In this document: piece after piece, positions 16,107 through 25,408 of the stretch
Numbering within the stretch: the stretch's first letter is position 1
Layout: every line of letters begins with the position of its first letter
Origin: a virus
Taxonomy: Duplodnaviria; Caudoviricetes
Virus record (IMG/VR): IMGVR_UViG_3300017565_000005
Coordinates: 1 to 63,678 of that record
DNA: 63,678 nt
Reading direction: 5' to 3' (one strand)
Translations under genes and position numbers: made by a program
The notes under the pieces: model-generated
What the model was told of the DNA's origin: nothing
Seen by the model: the letters and a program-made list of their open reading frames with translations, nothing else
Databases searched by the model: none

Positions 16107-16700
16107 TCAGTTGCGCGTGGCGATGATGGGTTCCGCCCAATCCAGCGCGGCATTCTGTCGATTATAGGGTCCGGACAGATTGACAGATCCGCTTGCGTAG
16201 CCGCGCCGGACTGTCGCCAGCACGGTCGGCCCGCCCTTGATCTTCGCGTAGCAGAACCGTCCGAAGGCACTGTCCTTTACGGATGTCGGCTCGACGCAAA
16301 AGAAAACCCATGCGTCCATCCACGAAAGGGCAGTGTCAGCGGTGCGGGCCTGTATGGCAACGCTTTTGACCGGCATGCCGCTTGGCGCGACGGCGCGCTC
16401 CACTTTGGTGACGGCGACGACCTCGCCCTTGCCGTTGAGCGCGCCGACGACTTTCAGGCGCGGGCCGGCGCGCACGGCGTCCGGATACCCGGCGTGCGCA
16501 ATCACGTCATCGAAGGTCAGGCCGAGGATGCGCGAAAGATTGACCGCCTCGTCCAGTTGCATGCGCCGCTCATTGCTGAAAATGCGCGAGAGTTGCGCAT
16601 GGTGGTTGAAACCCATCTTCGCCGCGACTTCGCGCAGCGACATTCCCCTGTCTTTGATGATGCCGAGAAAGTACTTCTTATTCACTGTCGGCTGATCCAT
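16107..16700 (-). CDS. CI-like repressor (XRE HTH plus C-terminal domain)
   Basis: GMSLREVAAKMGFNHHAQLSRIFSNERRM HTH; divergent from the Cro-like gene. Confidence 0.82.
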   Translation of the reverse strand: MDQPTVNKKYFLGIIKDRGMSLREVAAKMGFNHHAQLSRIFSNERRMQLDEAVNLSRILGLTFDDVIAHAGYPDAVRAGPRLKVVGALNGKGEVVAVTKVERAVAPSGMPVKSVAIQARTADTALSWMDAWVFFCVEPTSVKDSAFGRFCYAKIKGGPTVLATVRRGYASGSVNLSGPYNRQNAALDWAEPIIATRN

Positions 16701-16764
16701 GTGCGATTCCTGTGTAGGGACGTGAGCATATAACACCGGGTAATAACGATTACAACGTGATTGA

Positions 16765-16800
16765 TTGACATTGGTTCTCGGATGGTGAGAAAATAGCACC
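16765..16800 (+). promoter_or_regulatory. Rightward lytic promoter overlapped by an operator
   Basis: TTGACA at 16765; operator GGTGAGAAAATAGCACC at 16784-16800 covers the -10. Confidence 0.75.
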
Positions 16801-16822
16801 ATTACGAGGGAATCGAATCGCC

Positions 16823-17083
16823 ATGAAAATCGTCACCGATCAAGACATTACCGGGCTGGTAGCCAGGAACCTGCGCAACGAACTCGGTATGGCCCAGGCG
16901 GCATTTTGGGGAGCCGTGGGCGTCAAGCAGCCGATCGCCTCACGGTACGAGGCCGGCCTGCGCATTCCCGATCCCATCAAGTCTCTTTTGTTCATCCGCT
17001 ACGTGGCTGGCATCGAATACAGCCCCAGCACGGTCCCCGGCGCGGAGGGGCTACGCAAACTCGCGTCACAACAGCAGTCGTAA
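16823..17083 (+). CDS. Cro-like HTH regulator
   Basis: [29 protein letters not shown]. Confidence 0.82.
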   Translation: MKIVTDQDITGLVARNLRNELGMAQAAFWGAVGVKQPIASRYEAGLRIPDPIKSLLFIRYVAGIEYSPSTVPGAEGLRKLASQQQS

Positions 17084-17099
17084 TTTTCAAGGAAAGGAA

Positions 17100-17612
17100 A
17101 TGGCATCGGTCAATAAAGTGATCCTCATCGGAAATCTCGGACGCGACCCGGAAGTTCGCTACAGCCCCGGTGGGGCCGCCATCTGCAATGTGTCGATCGC
17201 GACCACTTCATCGTGGAAAGACAAGCAGACGGGCGAACCGCGCGAGGAAACGGAATGGCATCGCGTCGTCTTTTACAATCGCTTGGCTGAAATCGCCGGC
17301 GAGTACTTGCGCAAGGGCGGTTCGATCTACGTCGAGGGCCGGCTGAAAACCCGCAAGTGGCAGGACAAAGAAACCGGCGCGGATCGCTACAGTACCGAAA
17401 TCGTTGCGGACCAGATGAAGATGCTGGGCAGCCGTGGCGAAGGCGAATTCAGCCAGTCGCGCGCGCCGCGCACAGCAACCGAGCCGCGACCGCAGAATGC
17501 GCAACACCAGATGTCCTATTCCGAGGCGAGCAGCGGCAGCAGCTATCGGCGCGCGCCGTCGCAGACGACAGGTTCGAGCTTCGATGACATGGACGACGAC
17601 ATTCCGTTCTGA
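17100..17612 (+). CDS. ssb: Single-stranded DNA-binding protein
   Basis: [18 protein letters not shown]...DDDIPF. Confidence 0.97.
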   Translation: MASVNKVILIGNLGRDPEVRYSPGGAAICNVSIATTSSWKDKQTGEPREETEWHRVVFYNRLAEIAGEYLRKGGSIYVEGRLKTRKWQDKETGADRYSTEIVADQMKMLGSRGEGEFSQSRAPRTATEPRPQNAQHQMSYSEASSGSSYRRAPSQTTGSSFDDMDDDIPF

Positions 17613-17633
17613 GGGGAAACCCTAATCAATCCC

Positions 17634-17653
17634 GCGCGCTTCGGCGCGCTTTT
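17634..17653 (+). terminator. Intrinsic terminator after ssb
   Basis: GCGCGC-TTCG-GCGCGC-TTTT. Confidence 0.7.
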
Positions 17654-17677
17654 CAACGCAGTGACAAGGAGAGGGAA

Positions 17678-18418
17678 ATGGAAGTGACAATGGACATCGA
17701 GACGGTGCCAAACGGCGACGGCCGCGCACTTGAGCAGGCGATGGCCGAAGCCGAGAAGGCCAAGGCCGCATGCAAAGCGCCAGGGAACTACAAGGATCCG
17801 CAAAAGATTGCGGAATACATCCAGGCGGCGAAAGCGGAAATAGACGCCGGCCTTCACGACAAGGTTGCCAAGACATCGTTTGACGGCGCGCTCGGGCATA
17901 TCTGCGTGATCGGCATGGCGATCGACGATCAGGATCCGATCGCCTTTTACGAGAACAGCACCGAGCCGCACAAACACGAGGGCCGCGTCATCAAGACGTT
18001 CTTCGATTATCTCGAAGCGCAGTATGCGCCGTCGCGTCAGACGCGCCCGCATTTCATCGGGCACAACATCGTGGGCTTTGACCTGCGGTTCCTGTTTCAG
18101 CGCGCCGTGGTGCTGGGCATCCGCCCGCCCGGTTTCATCCCGTTTCACGCCAAGCCCTGGGACGATGTTGTCTACGACACCATGAGCAGATGGGCCGGCT
18201 TCAAGGGCGAGAATATCAGCCTGGACAAACTGGCGAAGGCGCTCGGGCTGCCCGGCAAGCAGGGCATCGATGGCTCGCAGGTCTGGCCGATGGTCGCGGC
18301 CGGCAACATCGAAAAGGTTGCCGACTACTGCGCGCACACGGACGTTGCGCAGACACGCGATGTCTACAAGCGGATGACGTTCCAGACATTGCCGGTGGTG
18401 CAAACCAAGGCAGCTTAA
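17678..18418 (+). CDS. DEDD 3'-5' exonuclease (PolB-exo/DnaQ-like)
   Basis: DIET, GHNIVGFDLRFL, YCAHTDV. Confidence 0.87.
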   Translation: MEVTMDIETVPNGDGRALEQAMAEAEKAKAACKAPGNYKDPQKIAEYIQAAKAEIDAGLHDKVAKTSFDGALGHICVIGMAIDDQDPIAFYENSTEPHKHEGRVIKTFFDYLEAQYAPSRQTRPHFIGHNIVGFDLRFLFQRAVVLGIRPPGFIPFHAKPWDDVVYDTMSRWAGFKGENISLDKLAKALGLPGKQGIDGSQVWPMVAAGNIEKVADYCAHTDVAQTRDVYKRMTFQTLPVVQTKAA

Positions 18419-18473
18419 TTTTGCATCGCGTGGTGAGAAATCATCACGCGATACCTTCCGATTGTGAGGAAAT

Positions 18474-18695
18474 ATGCAAGAGGGCGATCAGATCGACCGG
18501 GCGAACGAACTGGCAGACCGCGAGCGCGAGGCCGCCATCGAGACGGCACGCAGGAGCGTTGCGCAAACCCCGGCCCCGACAGGGCGATGTTTCTACTGCG
18601 ACGAAATCGTGGATGACGAACGCCGCTGGTGTTCGGTCGAGTGTGCGCGGGATTGGGAGCGCGAAGCCGAAGCGAGGAAAAGAAATGGACAATGA
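18474..18695 (+). CDS. TraR/DksA-like C4 zinc-finger protein
   Basis: GDQIDRANE...CFYC...WCSVEC. Confidence 0.75.
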   Translation: MQEGDQIDRANELADREREAAIETARRSVAQTPAPTGRCFYCDEIVDDERRWCSVECARDWEREAEARKRNGQ

Positions 18696-19158
18696 TCATC
18701 CCGCCGTCATCGCGGCAGCGGTGCATACGCTGCGCACGCTCGTCGACGGAACGCTGTCGGTAACGCTGCAAGTCGAGCCGCGTCACGCAACCGACTGGAT
18801 CCGCGCGTTCGGCACGCTGCCCGGCACGCCGGTGGCAGTGGCAAGGCTTGTGCCCGAGGCGGCGCAAGCCTCGACCCAGCGCGAGACGGACAAGGATGTT
18901 CGCTGGGGCCACGTCTACGAGCCGCTATTTCGTTTCGGCTGGTTTCATAACCCGAAGGTGTCCGAGGAATTCGGCGTGGCGGACCTGCTGCCGGACGAGC
19001 GTGTCAATCGCATCAAGCGCGAAATTTACAGGCTGTTCGGCGTCAGCAGTCTGGCCGAACTCAACCCGACAACCTTCTACCAGTTCTGCCGCAACAGGGG
19101 CATTGCCGGCACGCTGCCGGCGAGCGTGATCGAGGAAGCGACGGGGCGGCCGACATGA
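18685..19158 (+). CDS. Hypothetical protein
   Basis: SD GAGGA; overlaps both neighbours in operon fashion. Confidence 0.7.
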   Translation: MDNDHPAVIAAAVHTLRTLVDGTLSVTLQVEPRHATDWIRAFGTLPGTPVAVARLVPEAAQASTQRETDKDVRWGHVYEPLFRFGWFHNPKVSEEFGVADLLPDERVNRIKREIYRLFGVSSLAELNPTTFYQFCRNRGIAGTLPASVIEEATGRPT

Positions 19159-19574
19159 TGCGTCGTGTTCCGTTGAGGCAAAAGACGCCGATCAAGCGCG
19201 GCACGTCGCAATTGAAGCGCACGCCGATGAAGCGCAGCAGCCGGCGCAAGCACAAGATCGATGGTCATCACGATCAGAAGCTGCTCGACGCTTGCAGGGG
19301 CGAGCCCTGTTATTTGCAGGTGCCCGGCTTGTGCCCGCGCATCAAGGACGACCCGACTGTCGTGGATTGCCATGCGAACTGGCTCGACACGGGCAAGGGG
19401 ATCGGCATCAAGGCCAAGGATAAGTTTTCGGTGCCCGGCTGCATGCATTGTCATGCTTGGCTGGACATCAAAACGAGCGCGACGCGCGAGGAAAAGCGCG
19501 CCGTGTTCTTCGATGCGCTCGCACGCTGGGAGCCGGTGCGCGCGCGCAAACTCATGGAGGGCAAAAAACTATGA
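19155..19574 (+). CDS. DUF1364/YbcO-like HNH-type nuclease
   Basis: LLDACRGEPCYLQVPGLC...CHAN...GKGIGIKAKD...GCMHCHAWLD. Confidence 0.8.
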   Translation: MMRRVPLRQKTPIKRGTSQLKRTPMKRSSRRKHKIDGHHDQKLLDACRGEPCYLQVPGLCPRIKDDPTVVDCHANWLDTGKGIGIKAKDKFSVPGCMHCHAWLDIKTSATREEKRAVFFDALARWEPVRARKLMEGKKL

Positions 19575-19681
19575 GCGTTATTTTTATGGCGGTGGGCGGG
19601 ATCGTCGTCGGCGGGCTGTTGGCCTTCGGCGTCGTCTCGTTTTTCAATTTCATCAAATCCCGAGGGGGAAAAAGGAAATAA
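19571..19681 (+). CDS. 36-aa membrane peptide
   Basis: GGAGG SD; one TM segment plus basic tail; precedes the SPFH gene. Confidence 0.6.
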   Translation: MSVIFMAVGGIVVGGLLAFGVVSFFNFIKSRGGKRK

Positions 19682-19682
19682 T

Positions 19683-20543
19683 ATGAGTACGAAACAAGCA
19701 TTTACGATCGGCACCCTGGTGATGGCGATCTTGATCATGATCTTTGCTGGATTCGGGTCATGGTACACGGTCGATCAGGGCGAGCGCGCCGTGACATTGC
19801 GCAACGGCGCTGTAACCGGCGTGGCAGACCCTGGGCTGCACTTCAAGATGCCTTTCATCGACGACTACACGCGCATCAGCACGCAGACGCACGCGATCAG
19901 GCTCAAGAACGTCGAGGCGTATAGCCGCGATCAACAGCCGGCAACGCTGGTGGTCTCGGTGACGTTTCGCGTGCCGGCCGGCGAAGTCGACGCGCTGTAT
20001 GCGCAGTACGGCAACATCGACAACATGAGGGTCAGGCTGCTGGAGCGCAAAATTCCGGATCAGATCAAAACGATCTTCGGCCAGTTCACAGCCATTTCCG
20101 CCGTGCAGGACCGCGTGAAGCTTTCGATCGGCGTGAACGAAGCGCTTGCGCGTAGCGTCGAGGGCCAGCCGATTCACATCGAGGGCGTTCAGATAGAGGA
20201 AATCGGGTATTCGCCCGCGTACGAAAACAGCGTCGAGGACCGCATGAAAGCGGAAGTCGCCGTGTTCACGCGCCAGCAGAACCTCGAAACCGAGCGGATC
20301 AATGCGAAGATCGCGGTGACGCAGGCACAGGGCCGCGCCGATTCCGTGGTGGCCGAGGCGGAAGCGAAAGCCAAGGCGGTTCGTCTTGCCGGCGAGGCCG
20401 AAGCGGCCGCGATTCAAGCCAAGGGTGACGCGCTGCGCGCCAACCCCGAACTGGTCGCGCTGGTATCAGCCGAGCGCTGGAACGGCGTGCTGCCGACCAC
20501 GATGGTGCCAAGCGGGGCCGTGCCATTCGTCAGTGTGAAGTAG
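19683..20543 (+). CDS. SPFH/Band 7 (prohibitin-like) membrane protein
   Basis: N-terminal TM, YTVDQGERAV, PGLHFKMPFID, AEAEA coiled coil, WNGVLP. Confidence 0.92.
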   Translation: MSTKQAFTIGTLVMAILIMIFAGFGSWYTVDQGERAVTLRNGAVTGVADPGLHFKMPFIDDYTRISTQTHAIRLKNVEAYSRDQQPATLVVSVTFRVPAGEVDALYAQYGNIDNMRVRLLERKIPDQIKTIFGQFTAISAVQDRVKLSIGVNEALARSVEGQPIHIEGVQIEEIGYSPAYENSVEDRMKAEVAVFTRQQNLETERINAKIAVTQAQGRADSVVAEAEAKAKAVRLAGEAEAAAIQAKGDALRANPELVALVSAERWNGVLPTTMVPSGAVPFVSVK

Positions 20544-20545
20544 AT

Positions 20546-20950
20546 ATGCGAATGCCGGCGCGGCGTCGATCGCCTGAATTCAGCGAGCAGTGCGCACTGT
20601 TTCTTTGGGCACGCAATCCGGCAACGCTCAGAAAATACCCCGAGCTTCGCCTGCTGTCGTGCAGCCTGAACGGTGTGAAGCTGAGCAAGGCGCAGGCCGG
20701 CAAAGCCAAGGCAGCGGGCATGCTGGCGGGCGAGCATGACGTGCGCCTGCCGGTGGCGCGCGGCACGTACACGTCGCTCTCGATCGAAATGAAAGCGGGC
20801 GACAATCAGCCCACGAAGGCGCAGCTGGAGTACGGCGCGCTGCTTGAGGCCGAGGGCGGCTGCGTCCGTTACTGCTGGTCATGGATCGAAGCAAAGGAGG
20901 CGATCGAGCATTACCTGGGGCTGGGCAAGCCTGAATTTCTACGCCCGTAG
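20546..20950 (+). CDS. VRR-NUC (PD-(D/E)xK) nuclease / resolvase
   Basis: EFSEQ...GMLAGEHDV...IEMKAG...PTKAQ. Confidence 0.82.
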   Translation: MRMPARRRSPEFSEQCALFLWARNPATLRKYPELRLLSCSLNGVKLSKAQAGKAKAAGMLAGEHDVRLPVARGTYTSLSIEMKAGDNQPTKAQLEYGALLEAEGGCVRYCWSWIEAKEAIEHYLGLGKPEFLRP

Positions 20951-20987
20951 TGGTGAGAAAATATCACTACGGGCATTCGGAGAGGGG

Positions 20988-21845
20988 ATGAACGTCAAGA
21001 AGGACACAGCGCCGATCGTGCGCCCCGTCATGAGATATCATGGTGGAAAATTTCGCATGGCCGAGTGGGTGATCAGCCACTTCCCGAACCACAAGTGCTA
21101 TGTGGAGCCGTTCGGCGGTGCCGCCAGCGTCCTGATGCGCAAGCCGCGCAGCCACGGCGAAGTGTACAACGACCTTGACGGTGAAATCGTCAACGTCATG
21201 CGCGTGCTGCGCGACCCGGACATGTGCGCGGCGTTGGCAGACGCGATTGCCCTGACGCCGTACGCCAGGGACGAATTTACCGCTGCGTTCGAGCCGTCCA
21301 CAGATCCCGTCGAGCGGGCGCGGCGCACGTTCATTCGTGCGGAAATGGGCTTTGGATCGGCCGGTGCGACAAAGGGCACGACAGGGTTTCGCATCGATAC
21401 GCAGCGCAACTACGGCACGGCCATGCAGATATGGACGAGGGTGCCGGCCGGTCTGGCCGCCTTCACGCAGCGTCTGCGCGGCGTCCTGATCGAAAATCGC
21501 CCGGCGCTCGAAGTGTTGCGCGACCACGACACCGAAGACACATTATTCTATGTCGATCCGCCCTACGTTCACAGCGCCCGTAAGATGGGCAGCAGATCCT
21601 ATCGCCATGAAATGACGGACGAGGACCATGTGCGCCTGCTGGAGGCGCTTCGAGAATTGCGCGGCATGGTGATCCTGTCGGGCTATCCGACCGACATCTA
21701 CGGCGAAATGCTGCGCGGCTGGCGCAGCGTCACCAATGAGGCGCGCATTTCGGCCGGGTGCGGCACGGCGGTGAGAACGGAAGTTCTCTGGCTTTCACCG
21801 AACGTCGCCAGCCAGCAAGGAAACCTTTTTCTGGAGACGGCATGA
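20988..21845 (+). CDS. Orphan DNA adenine methyltransferase (Dam/D12 class)
   Basis: YHGGK, YVEPFGGAASV, YNDLD, YVDPPY. Confidence 0.92.
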   Translation: MNVKKDTAPIVRPVMRYHGGKFRMAEWVISHFPNHKCYVEPFGGAASVLMRKPRSHGEVYNDLDGEIVNVMRVLRDPDMCAALADAIALTPYARDEFTAAFEPSTDPVERARRTFIRAEMGFGSAGATKGTTGFRIDTQRNYGTAMQIWTRVPAGLAAFTQRLRGVLIENRPALEVLRDHDTEDTLFYVDPPYVHSARKMGSRSYRHEMTDEDHVRLLEALRELRGMVILSGYPTDIYGEMLRGWRSVTNEARISAGCGTAVRTEVLWLSPNVASQQGNLFLETA

Positions 21846-22648
21846 CGGCACACTTTTCATGGCAGGCTGGCGTCCTCGAATCCGACCTCGGGGCCATGAC
21901 GAAACTGGTTCTCATGGTCATCGGATCGTACATGAACCAGCACGGGCAGGGGGCCTTCCCTTCCTACAAGACGATAGCGGATGGGGCTTCGATCAATCGA
22001 TCGACGGTCATTCGCCACGTCGAGATTGCGCGGCAGGCTGGCTGGCTGAAGATTCAAGCGCGCGTTCGCCCACCGAAAGAAGACGGCAAACCCGAGAGCG
22101 ACACGAACCTCTACGAAATATCGTTCCCGGCGGACACGCAGGAAGAAGAAGGGTGGTCGCACAGGACGACCAGGGTGGTCGCACAGGACGACCAGGGTGG
22201 TGGCACAGGACGACCAGGGGTAGTCGCACAGGACGACCCTAACACCCCATCTATATCACCCCAAGGAACACCCCATATAATAGACGTGCCGGTCACGCGC
22301 AAAGCAGCGCCCGACGAAGATCCGTTCGAGATTGCCTGGAAGCATTATCCGAAGCGCGCCGGCGGCAATCCGAAGGTGGCCGCGCGCAAAGCCTGGGACC
22401 GGCGAGTCAAGGAAGGCGTGGATCCGCAGGTGATGCTCGCCGGCGTGCAGCGCTACGCCGCGTTTTGTCTGGCCACGGGCAAGGAAGGCGGCGAGTACGT
22501 CCTGATGGCCGCAACATTCTTCGGCCCGGCCCAGCGCTATCTTGATGCCTACCAGCTTCCGAAGTGGAAGGGCATGCACGTCAATTTTCAGGAGAAAACT
22601 TATGTCGGAACAGCCGACAGCGAAATTGATTGGCTCGATACTCGATGA
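21842..22648 (+). CDS. Replication initiator (O-like, N-terminal winged HTH)
   Basis: AFPSYKTIADGASINRSTVIRH; internal iterons; FEIAWKHYPKR C-terminal domain. Confidence 0.85.
   Translation: MTAHFSWQAGVLESDLGAMTKLVLMVIGSYMNQHGQGAFPSYKTIADGASINRSTVIRHVEIARQAGWLKIQARVRPPKEDGKPESDTNLYEISFPADTQEEEGWSHRTTRVVAQDDQGGGTGRPGVVAQDDPNTPSISPQGTPHIIDVPVTRKAAPDEDPFEIAWKHYPKRAGGNPKVAARKAWDRRVKEGVDPQVMLAGVQRYAAFCLATGKEGGEYVLMAATFFGPAQRYLDAYQLPKWKGMHVNFQEKTYVGTADSEIDWLDTR
22151..22239 (+). repeat. Four tandem 22-bp dyad repeats (likely replication-origin iterons)
   Basis: GGGTGGTCGCACAGGACGACCA x4 with minor changes, inside the initiator gene, followed by an AT-richer tract. Confidence 0.85.
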
Positions 22649-23441
22649 GCGCTGGATGAAGACGCACCTGCCGATCGGTAATTGCGAAGCGCATGGCGAT
22701 TACCACGGTCTTTCCTGCCCGAAGTGCGAAATCCAGCATAGCGTAACGAATGCACAGGTCGAAGCGGAGCGTGCGCGCCGTGAAGCGGCACTGAAAGCGC
22801 TCGTCTACCGTTCCGGCATCCCGCCACGGTTCATGACGAAAACGTTCGACAGCTTCCAGACCGACACGGAGCAGCAGGCGCGCGTGTTGCGGATCTGCCG
22901 GGCCTATGCTGATCGCTTCGATGATCGCCTTGCCGCCGGCGGTGGTCTGGTCATGTGCGGGCTGCCCGGCACCGGCAAGACGCATCTCGCGTGCGCGATC
23001 GGTAGCGCCTTGATGCAGCGAGGCAGGTCGGTGTTGTTCATCAACGTCATTTCGGCGGTCGATCGCGTGATGGAAACGTTCCGTCGCGAGAAAGCGGAAA
23101 CGAAACGTCAGGCGATTGCGCGGTTCTTCGAGGCGGATCTGCTGATCCTCGATGAAGTCGGTTTGCAGTTCGGCAATGATTCCGAAAAGGTGATCCTGTT
23201 TGAAATCATCAACGGCCGCTATGATCGTGTGCTGCCGACGATCCTGATATCGAACCTGCAGGAAAATGAATTGGGGGCTTACATCGGCGATCGTCTGATC
23301 GATCGGATGCGCGAGGGCGGTGGTGTAGTTCTGGCGTTCGACTGGCCCAGCAAGCGCAAGGAAATAAAAACCGCGTCGAAAGATATGCCGGCCTGGGTGC
23401 AGGCGGCCACAAAAAACCCCGGTCAGGCCGGGGCGGGTTAA
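22602..23441 (+). CDS. DnaC/IstB-like helicase loader
   Basis: CEAHG/CPKC Zn motif, SGIPPRF, GLPGTGKTHLA, LLILDEVG, ISN, DRMRE. Confidence 0.92.
   Translation: MSEQPTAKLIGSILDERWMKTHLPIGNCEAHGDYHGLSCPKCEIQHSVTNAQVEAERARREAALKALVYRSGIPPRFMTKTFDSFQTDTEQQARVLRICRAYADRFDDRLAAGGGLVMCGLPGTGKTHLACAIGSALMQRGRSVLFINVISAVDRVMETFRREKAETKRQAIARFFEADLLILDEVGLQFGNDSEKVILFEIINGRYDRVLPTILISNLQENELGAYIGDRLIDRMREGGGVVLAFDWPSKRKEIKTASKDMPAWVQAATKNPGQAGAG
23411..23433 (-). terminator. Terminator for the leftward early operon
   Basis: CCCCGG-5nt-CCGGGG with an A6 tract on the + strand. Confidence 0.65.
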
Positions 23442-23448
23442 GCTTGAT

Positions 23449-24981
23449 CTAGTTTGCCGTCCGTCTGCTGATGATGGGGCGGGGCTGTGTCTTGAGTGCG
23501 AGGATGACTTTTTGAATGTCAGCCAAACCAGGGTCGCCTCCGGCCCAGGCTCGGATGAGAACCGACGCTGACGCGGCTTCTTCCAACGTTGCATCGCGCA
23601 CCATCTTTATATCGTCCTCGGTCAGATCAACGCCGAAATGCTTCGGCAGATTGCCTACAGGCGCGGCATTCAGGGCACTCCGTAATTCAGCTGCACCTAC
23701 GGCGGGATTGACTGCCCCATGATTGCGGTTTCTTGCCAACAGGTCAAAGCGAACTATTGCTGTTTCTACAGCTTCCCGCAGGGGTTCCGCGCTTGCGACA
23801 ACGGGTGCGGCGTGCAGGTCAACCACAGTGCCATGCGGCAGCGCGTCGAGCGATGCACTGGTCCAGTCGATGACGAGGTCGGGGAAATTTTCCTCTCCTC
23901 GATAAACGACGCGCACGCGCATGGCCGGCTCCGCGCTCGCGGCAGGCTGTCCATATGTTCGCACGATCACCCTGTAGATGTCTTCGATGGGCGTCGTGTC
24001 CTCGCAGCAGCTATCGAATACCTCGTCAACAATGCGCCCCAGCAGGTCGCGGGGGATTGATGTGGGCGGGGTCGCGGCAGGTTGGCTCTCTGCGTCTCTT
24101 TTTTCCGCTCTCTGCATGTCTGTGCTGCAAAGAGGCCGGTCGTAGCGGGCGAGTAGGGCGCGGGCGTTGGTGATTTCCCCAGGCCACTGAAACTCAGGTC
24201 GGCCGCCTTCGTCATCTGCCCACTTTGCGCCGCACTGGTCGCAGATTTCCCATATCGCCCCGCCTCGATGCGTTTCCTCGTGCAGGCAGATTTGCGCTTC
24301 CGCCCAGGAAAGCAGTCTTCCCAGCGTGCGCAGATAACCGTTCGGCACATTCACCGGCTCGGCGGGCCACATATTGATGAAATTCCGCAGCACTGTGAAC
24401 TCGGTATAACTGTCACTGTTAGGGTGGTCGTAAATCCAGTTCAAAGCGGAGTGGGCCTCGTCCGCCGTTGGGCGTGTAGGGGCACCTTTTGTGGCATCAA
24501 ACGGAGCCTTACCGCCCGTCCCCTTCGCCGGCTCGGCGGGTTGTGGGGCGGGGCGGTACAGTAAATCATATTCGCCGGCATCGTCGAAACTTGTGTATCG
24601 ATATGCCCAACGATGCCCGTCCCACTCGAAACTCTCACCAGCTACGCCAGACGATCCTTTGCCAAATCGGGCGGTGAGATACTGTTTATGCTCGTCCGAA
24701 TCCTTGTAAACACGGCGCATAATCTCAGCCGCCACAGGTTCCCCGCGCTGCTGCCGGCCACGCCACTCTAGGGCATCCTTCCAACCTTCTTCGTACACCG
24801 AGCGGTATTGCTGCTGACGGTCGCGGGCGATGGCTTCTGCTACTGCTTGGCGAGCGTACTCAGCTATACACTGGCGTATCTCGGATGGAACCAAGTTTGC
24901 AAGGTTATCCATCTTCGACCATTCGGGCAGCGGCGGCAGTTCGATTTGCGCCTCGAACGCGGCGCGTTGGTCTTGTGTCAT
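23449..24981 (-). CDS. Mosaic accessory protein (Ead/Ea22-like patchwork)
   Basis: Short modules separated by PAEP/ASAEP linkers; HRGGAIWEICDQCGAKWADD module. Confidence 0.7.
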   Translation of the reverse strand: MTQDQRAAFEAQIELPPLPEWSKMDNLANLVPSEIRQCIAEYARQAVAEAIARDRQQQYRSVYEEGWKDALEWRGRQQRGEPVAAEIMRRVYKDSDEHKQYLTARFGKGSSGVAGESFEWDGHRWAYRYTSFDDAGEYDLLYRPAPQPAEPAKGTGGKAPFDATKGAPTRPTADEAHSALNWIYDHPNSDSYTEFTVLRNFINMWPAEPVNVPNGYLRTLGRLLSWAEAQICLHEETHRGGAIWEICDQCGAKWADDEGGRPEFQWPGEITNARALLARYDRPLCSTDMQRAEKRDAESQPAATPPTSIPRDLLGRIVDEVFDSCCEDTTPIEDIYRVIVRTYGQPAASAEPAMRVRVVYRGEENFPDLVIDWTSASLDALPHGTVVDLHAAPVVASAEPLREAVETAIVRFDLLARNRNHGAVNPAVGAAELRSALNAAPVGNLPKHFGVDLTEDDIKMVRDATLEEAASASVLIRAWAGGDPGLADIQKVILALKTQPRPIISRRTAN

Positions 24982-25190
24982 ATCTTTTCCTTGTTTTTGG
25001 CGGCTTCGATGCGCTGTAGGTGTGATTGAGTGACCGTCTGATAGTCCCGTAGCGCTTGATCGACCTGTTCGGTCATGCCGTAGCCGAAATCGTGTCCGTA
25101 CTGGCCTTTGAGCTTGAGTAGCAGGAAGCCCATGCCCATGACGATGGACTCAAGCCGATCGATTCTTTTGGCTGGTGATTTTTTACTCAT
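24978..25190 (-). CDS. Hypothetical protein
   Basis: GGGGAG SD; ATGA coupling. Confidence 0.65.
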   Translation of the reverse strand: MSKKSPAKRIDRLESIVMGMGFLLLKLKGQYGHDFGYGMTEQVDQALRDYQTVTQSHLQRIEAAKNKEKI

Positions 25191-25408
25191 GACTCCCCCT
25201 CGACGCAGCGGGTGGCGTCCAGATATCGTATTTCCCACGTCGGATGGAAGGCGACTGAATGAGTGTCGCCATCAAGACGAACGCGGATACGCGGACCGCT
25301 GGCGCCTGTGATCGTGCCTTGTACCTTTACTCTGCTTCCCGTGTATTCGATCCGGCCGCCGCGCTTTGCTGGCACGCCGTAGGCGTCGCGGATGTATTGC
25401 AAGCTCAT
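25187..25408 (-). CDS. Conserved small phage protein
   Basis: YIRDAYGVPAKRGGRIEY...HPTWEIRYL. Confidence 0.75.
   Translation of the reverse strand: MSLQYIRDAYGVPAKRGGRIEYTGSRVKVQGTITGASGPRIRVRLDGDTHSVAFHPTWEIRYLDATRCVEGES

Noticed and set aside
20988-21845. Restriction-modification system
   Set aside because: No cognate restriction endonuclease; the adjacent VRR-NUC gene is a common phage resolvase-type gene
22151-22239. CRISPR array
   Set aside because: Repeats are contiguous with no spacers and no cas genes are present; they fit iterons
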